Of a stretch of 64,000 nt of DNA, positions 62,559-64,000 are shown piece by piece (positions within the stretch are counted from its first letter, which is position 1; the number at the start of each line of letters is the position of its first letter). Below the pieces are notes generated by a model. That model did not search any database, was not told where the DNA came from, and saw only the letters and a program-made list of their open reading frames with translations. The translations under genes and the position numbers were made by a program. Location of the stretch: positions 191,215,741 through 191,279,740 of the forward strand of contig CM041465.1 of assembly GCA_023213395.1 (NCBI GenBank), read 5' to 3'. Origin of the DNA: Cycas panzhihuaensis. Lineage: Eukaryota > Plantae > Cycadophyta.

Positions 62559-64000
62559 AGTTGAAAAATAGATTTAGAAAGAGAATGACCTTCATTGATT
62601 AATAGAAGAGAGTTTCTCTCTCTTATACACAACTACTTTACAAAAGAGTCCCATACATGTATGACAAGTGTCATTTTTAAACTGAAGAGGACAGCGATGC
62701 TCAACCCCCAGATTATATAAGAGACCCTTAAATACAAGACATAGGATAAAGCATTAATATTCTAACACCCTCCCATAATGTTTTATCCTTTGTTTTTCAT
62801 TCCTACTAGATTTCTAAGATGTTGAAATTTATCTTTTGACAATGGTTTTGTGAAGATGTCAGCAACCTGTTGTTCATTGTTGCAGTATTGTAAATGTATT
62901 TCTTTATTCTGAACTTTTTCTCTAATAAAATGATGATGGACTTCTATGCGCTTAGTCCTTGCATGGAAAACAAGATTTTTAGTAAGTTTGATAACACTTT
63001 GATTATCGCAAAAGATTGTGGTTGCATTAAAGCAACTCTGTTTTAAATCTCTGAGACATTTTTTTAACCATATTGCTTTATACGTTGCACTAACTACAGC
63101 TTTGTACTCTGCTTCTGTTGATGATAAGACTATTGTTGGTTGTTCTCTACTGCTCCAAGATGTCATAGTTGATCTAAAATTGGAACAATAACCCGTTGTA
63201 GACTTTTGTTCTTGTCGTCTTCCTACCTAGTCAAAGTCATTGAATCCAAACAAGCTTGGATTGTCTTAGTATATTATAGCCGAAGATCCAATATACCTTT
63301 GATCCATATTAAAATTCGTTTGACAACATTCTAGTGAGTGACCTTTGGATTATGCATAAATTAGGAGACGATTCCTACAGAAAAGGATATGTCTAGTCTA
63401 GTTGTTGTCAAGTAAATAAGACTTCTAACTAGTTGTCTAAAGAGTGTCACACTTGATGGTTATCTTCATCAATTGTTAGAACACAACCTGTTGCCATGGG
63501 TGTGGCACAAGGATTGCATTCTTCCATATTGAATCTCTTGAGAAAATTCTTGGCATACTTTGATTGTAGATAAAGATATCATTTGCTACCTGATGAACTT
63601 CTATACCAAGATAGTAATGAAGTGCACCCATATCAGTCATTTCAAAATTATTTTCCATCTACATACGCACCCATTGGATGGTTTCACGATCATCACCTAT
63701 AACAACCAAATCACCCACATACACCACAATTATGGTGATTTAGTATTTTTGTTTCTTAACAAAGACTTGGATCACCTTCACTTCTATTGAATCTTTTCTT
63801 TCGAAGATGATGATCTAGTTTTGTATACTAGACTCGAGGTGCTAGTTTTAAGCCATATAAGAGCTTTTGTAACTTGCAAACCAGATATTCCTCTCCTTCC
63901 TTTTTGTATTCAAGTGATTATTCCATATAGATGACTTCATTGAGATCACCATTTAGAAAGGCACTTTTTACATCAAATTGTACAATTTCCCATCCATATT
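62559..64000 (-). mobile_element. Ty1/copia element H, 3' part (RT, RNase H, PPT, ~210-bp 3' LTR), inserted in the G LTR copy and running off the right edge
   Basis: LSSTEAEY, CDNQS, FHARTKRIEVHHHFIRE and ADIFTK. PPT GGGAGGG followed by TG at 62767. Confidence 0.85.

Noticed and set aside
1-64000. Antisense orientation bias of intronic insertions
   Set aside because: Both orientations occur (A, C, D antisense; Z, B, E, F, G, H sense) and the number of elements is too small to show a bias.

Overview
Land-plant nuclear DNA. The giant, retroelement-packed introns suggest a large-genome lineage such as a gymnosperm or fern (inference). The only host gene visible is RAPTOR (TORC1 subunit) on the minus strand. 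Five GT-AG exons encode part of its C-terminal WD40 region: 55770-55646, 55527-55382, 55235-55134, 32203-32118 and 31795-31711. One intron is 22.9 kb, and the neighbouring exons appear to lie outside the window on both sides. Almost everything else is nested, decayed LTR retrotransposon. Left cluster: Ty3/gypsy A (1013-17171, TSD CTTAC) sits in an oppositely oriented relative Z and hosts copia B (8261-13909, TSD CTGGA). Middle cluster: copia C (19509-28961) hosts non-autonomous D (23281-27510), which carries a captured thaumatin-like gene and is flanked by a ~105-bp duplication instead of a 5-bp TSD. Inside the 22.9-kb intron: D-family member E with different 5' cargo (39424-43230) and RT-less gypsy F (43356-50581, TSD GAGAT). 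Also present: chromovirus remnants and copia H, which runs off the right edge. Most unusual: the A/Z/F lineage (tRNA-Glu-type PBS; four zinc knuckles and a conserved 3' extra ORF in A and F; extra capsid-like domains inside pol in A), the cargo-swapping D/E family, and a fold-back duplication of a RAPTOR exon. All identities were estimated by eye; no alignments or searches were run.
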